From positions 1 through 64,000 of the forward strand of contig JAXGNU010000008.1 of the NCBI GenBank assembly GCA_040767805.1: 64,000 nucleotides of DNA, written 5' to 3'. This DNA is from Thermovirgaceae bacterium (GTDB taxonomy: Bacteria; Synergistota; Synergistia; Synergistales; Thermovirgaceae). This document shows positions 61,811 to 64,000 of this stretch, in pieces (the stretch's first letter is position 1; every line of letters begins with the position of its first letter). Both the position numbers and the translations under genes were made by a program. The notes below the pieces were generated by a model, which worked only from the letters and a program-made list of their open reading frames with translations, did no database searches and had not been told where the DNA came from.

Positions 61811-61971
61811 ATTTTACACCCCCTGAGAAGGTTATGGAAACAGTTACATGATACCATAATTGACGTGTCATTCCGCGGTTGTCAAGTCGTTTTTTCCCGT
61901 TTATTATTCCCGCGTTTACCGTTAATATCGCCTTGCCCGCGGCGCCGGGGGGCGGATTGACCGGGGGGATC

Positions 61972-62880
61972 ATGAGAAAACTGCTGGTGACCGATATCGA
62001 CGGGACCCTGGCCCACCGGGGCCATGTCTGTGACGAGGTGGCCCAGGCCTGCCGGCGGCTGAGGGATGACGGGTGGGAGATCATCGTCGCCACGGGGCGC
62101 ATCCTTGCCAGCGCCCGCCGTCCCATGAGGGCCGTGGGCGCGCTGCCCCAGGCCATCGTCTACGACGGCGCCAGGATCATGACCGACGGCACCGGCGAGG
62201 AGTTTTGGGGGGCGACCATCCCCCCGGGGACCGTGGAGAGCATCCTGGCGATGATCTGGAAAGCGGCCCCGGGGATCCAGGTCTTCGGCGACGAGGAGGT
62301 CTACTGCAGGCCCGGCGACCTCCTGGCGAGGCGGTATTTCGGCGCCCTGGGGGTCCCCGTTATGGACGACCTCACCGGCCCGAGGCCCATACCGGGGATC
62401 TTCAGGGTCATCGTCCATGGGGACCCGGAAGAGGTCGAGGGCGTCGGACTCCGCGTCCAGGGCGCCTTCGGCGGCGAGGCGCGGGCCGTCTTCGCCGGCG
62501 ACGGCTTCCTCGACATCCTGGGCCCCGGCATCTCCAAGGGTGCCGCGATGAGGAGGCTGCTCGAATTCCTGCTGGAAAAGGGCCGGCCTGCGCTGGTGGC
62601 GGCCGCCGGGGACCACCTGAACGACCTTGAAATGCTGGAACAGGCCGATATAGCCATCACCATGGAGGACGCCAGGGAACCCCTGCGGGATGTGGCCGAT
62701 ATCATCCTGCCCCCGGCGTCGGAGAAGGGCTTTTCAAAGATCCTGGAACCCCTCGGCTCGCTGTCGGGTTCCCTTGAAGCAAAAATACGAGAGGGCCGCC
62801 CCCGCGGGGGATCCACCCCTTGTTCCGTCGGCGGGGGGCCGGGCCGGAGGAGGAATGGACAATGGCGGATAAGACCCTGA
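61972..62880 (+). CDS. Cof-like HAD hydrolase (subfamily IIB)
   Basis: DIDGTL, ATGR, ISKG, GDHLNDLEML; 3' end uncertain. Confidence 0.87.
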   Translation: MRKLLVTDIDGTLAHRGHVCDEVAQACRRLRDDGWEIIVATGRILASARRPMRAVGALPQAIVYDGARIMTDGTGEEFWGATIPPGTVESILAMIWKAAPGIQVFGDEEVYCRPGDLLARRYFGALGVPVMDDLTGPRPIPGIFRVIVHGDPEEVEGVGLRVQGAFGGEARAVFAGDGFLDILGPGISKGAAMRRLLEFLLEKGRPALVAAAGDHLNDLEMLEQADIAITMEDAREPLRDVADIILPPASEKGFSKILEPLGSLSGSLEAKIREGRPRGGSTPCSVGGGPGRRRNGQWRIRP

Positions 62881-63362
62881 AGTGGGAAGTGGTCGAACTC
62901 GGCATTCCCGAAGGCTGCAACATCATCCTGGGCCAGAGCCACTTCATCAAGACCGTGGAGGACCTCTACGAAGTGCTGGTCACTTCGTCGCCGGCCCTCG
63001 AGTTCGGGCTGGCCTTCTGCGAGGCCTCGGGGCCCTGCCTGGTGCGGAAGGACGGCAACGCCGACGACCTCGTGGAGGCCGCTGTGGCGAATGCCCTGAA
63101 GCTGTCGGCGGGCCACGCTTTCATCATCCTGATGAGGAACGGCTTCCCCATCAGCGTCCTCAACGCCGTCAAGCAGGTCCAGGAGGTATGCCGTGTTTTC
63201 GCCGCCACGGCGAACCCGCTGCAGGTGCTCGTCTTCCAGTCGGGCCAGGGCCGGGGCATCGCCGGCGTCGTGGACGGCTTCCCCCCGAAAGGGGTCGAGT
63301 CCGAGGGGGACGTCGAGGAGAGGAAGAAACTGCTCAGGGACATCATCGGTTACAAGAGGTGA
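62862..63362 (+). CDS. Adenosine-specific kinase family (DUF355)
   Basis: NIILGQSHFIKTVEDL, AFCEASG, ATANP, GVVDG, IGYKR. Confidence 0.88.
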   Translation: MADKTLKWEVVELGIPEGCNIILGQSHFIKTVEDLYEVLVTSSPALEFGLAFCEASGPCLVRKDGNADDLVEAAVANALKLSAGHAFIILMRNGFPISVLNAVKQVQEVCRVFAATANPLQVLVFQSGQGRGIAGVVDGFPPKGVESEGDVEERKKLLRDIIGYKR

Positions 63363-63364
63363 CT

Positions 63365-64000
63365 TCAAGCTCCCCACGGGCGGCGCCCCCTCCCGGCGAT
63401 CATGCCCAAAAGGGCTGCCAGGGAAGAGGCCGTCAGCCCGGCGGCCAGTGAGTCGAGGGCCAGCCCCGTCAGGGGCCAGGAGAGGGTGACCAAAAGCCCC
63501 GCCGAGCCCGCGGCCAGGGCCCAGGCGGACGACAGGCGCCCCGGGGCCAGCACCGCCGTCACGAGGGGTATGAAGGTCCCCGAGGCCCTGAGCCCCATGC
63601 TGAGGTAGCTCCACCGGAGGATCATCGAGTTCTGCCCGGCCATGCCGGCGATACCGGCGAGGACGACCAGCGCCAGGACGGTCGTCCTCGTCGCCTTGGT
63701 CAGGTCGCCCTGGGGGCGGCCCCGCCTAAGCGACGGGAGCAGGTCGAAGACGAGGTTGGTGGCGACGCCCAGCGTCAGGCCCGCCGCGGTCCCTATCAGG
63801 GTGACCAGGATCACCCCCCATAGGAGTCCCCCGACAACGGGGCTGAAACTGGTGGCGAGGAAATGGGGGAGGGCCGTCGCGGGCTCCAGGACGGCGCCGG
63901 ACCTCCTGACGCTTAAGCCCACAACGATGCCCATGAGCCCCATGGGGGGCATCAGCGCCGCCGAGAGCAGCGCCCCCCTTCTCGCCGTGGAAGGGTCCGA
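63365..64000 (-). CDS. Sodium:solute symporter family protein (C-terminal part; 5' end outside window)
   Basis: Multiple hydrophobic helices, A.ALP..GG...TLIGT..G pattern; frame open to the window edge. Confidence 0.7.
   Translation of the reverse strand, partial: SDPSTARRGALLSAALMPPMGLMGIVVGLSVRRSGAVLEPATALPHFLATSFSPVVGGLLWGVILVTLIGTAAGLTLGVATNLVFDLLPSLRRGRPQGDLTKATRTTVLALVVLAGIAGMAGQNSMILRWSYLSMGLRASGTFIPLVTAVLAPGRLSSAWALAAGSAGLLVTLSWPLTGLALDSLAAGLTASSLAALLGMIAGRGRRPWGA

Overview
High-GC bacterial chromosomal window made up mostly of core genes. The gene order, the Skp/OmpH and DUF3084 genes, the amino-acid transport and catabolism genes and the enlarged RpoC suggest a Synergistota (Synergistales-like) amino-acid fermenter; this is inference, not a database match. 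Layout: (1) 1-12.7 kb, a tightly coupled RNA-processing/modification and chromosome cluster (radical SAM pair, rng, smc, tRNA methyltransferase, rsmI, metG, tatD, tgt, sua5). (2) 12.7-17.3 kb, the only accessory-looking pocket: an NSS transporter with a structured leader, an Fe-alcohol dehydrogenase with an in-frame TAA, a tandem-repeat/hairpin module and a complete 1431-bp DDE insertion sequence with doubled terminal repeats and a 5-bp target duplication, abutting the tRNA-Leu promoter. (3) 17.3-49.3 kb, tRNA-Leu(CAG), rpoBC, L7Ae-like gene, str, S10, spc and alpha clusters, ecfAA'T and truA. (4) 49.4-64 kb, mreB-like, YkgJ, lysine 6-transaminase, DUF3084, Zn-ribbon/GNAT pair, metK, comF, skp, a liv ABC operon, a HAD hydrolase, a DUF355 kinase and a partial SSS transporter. 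Several genes between 48.8 and 56.1 kb carry frameshifts, mostly in homopolymer runs, which look like sequencing errors. I found no CRISPR array, prophage or defence system and cannot support a large new system. The best leads are the IS architecture and target, the adjacent repeat module, two large RpoC insertions and several candidate RNA regulatory structures.
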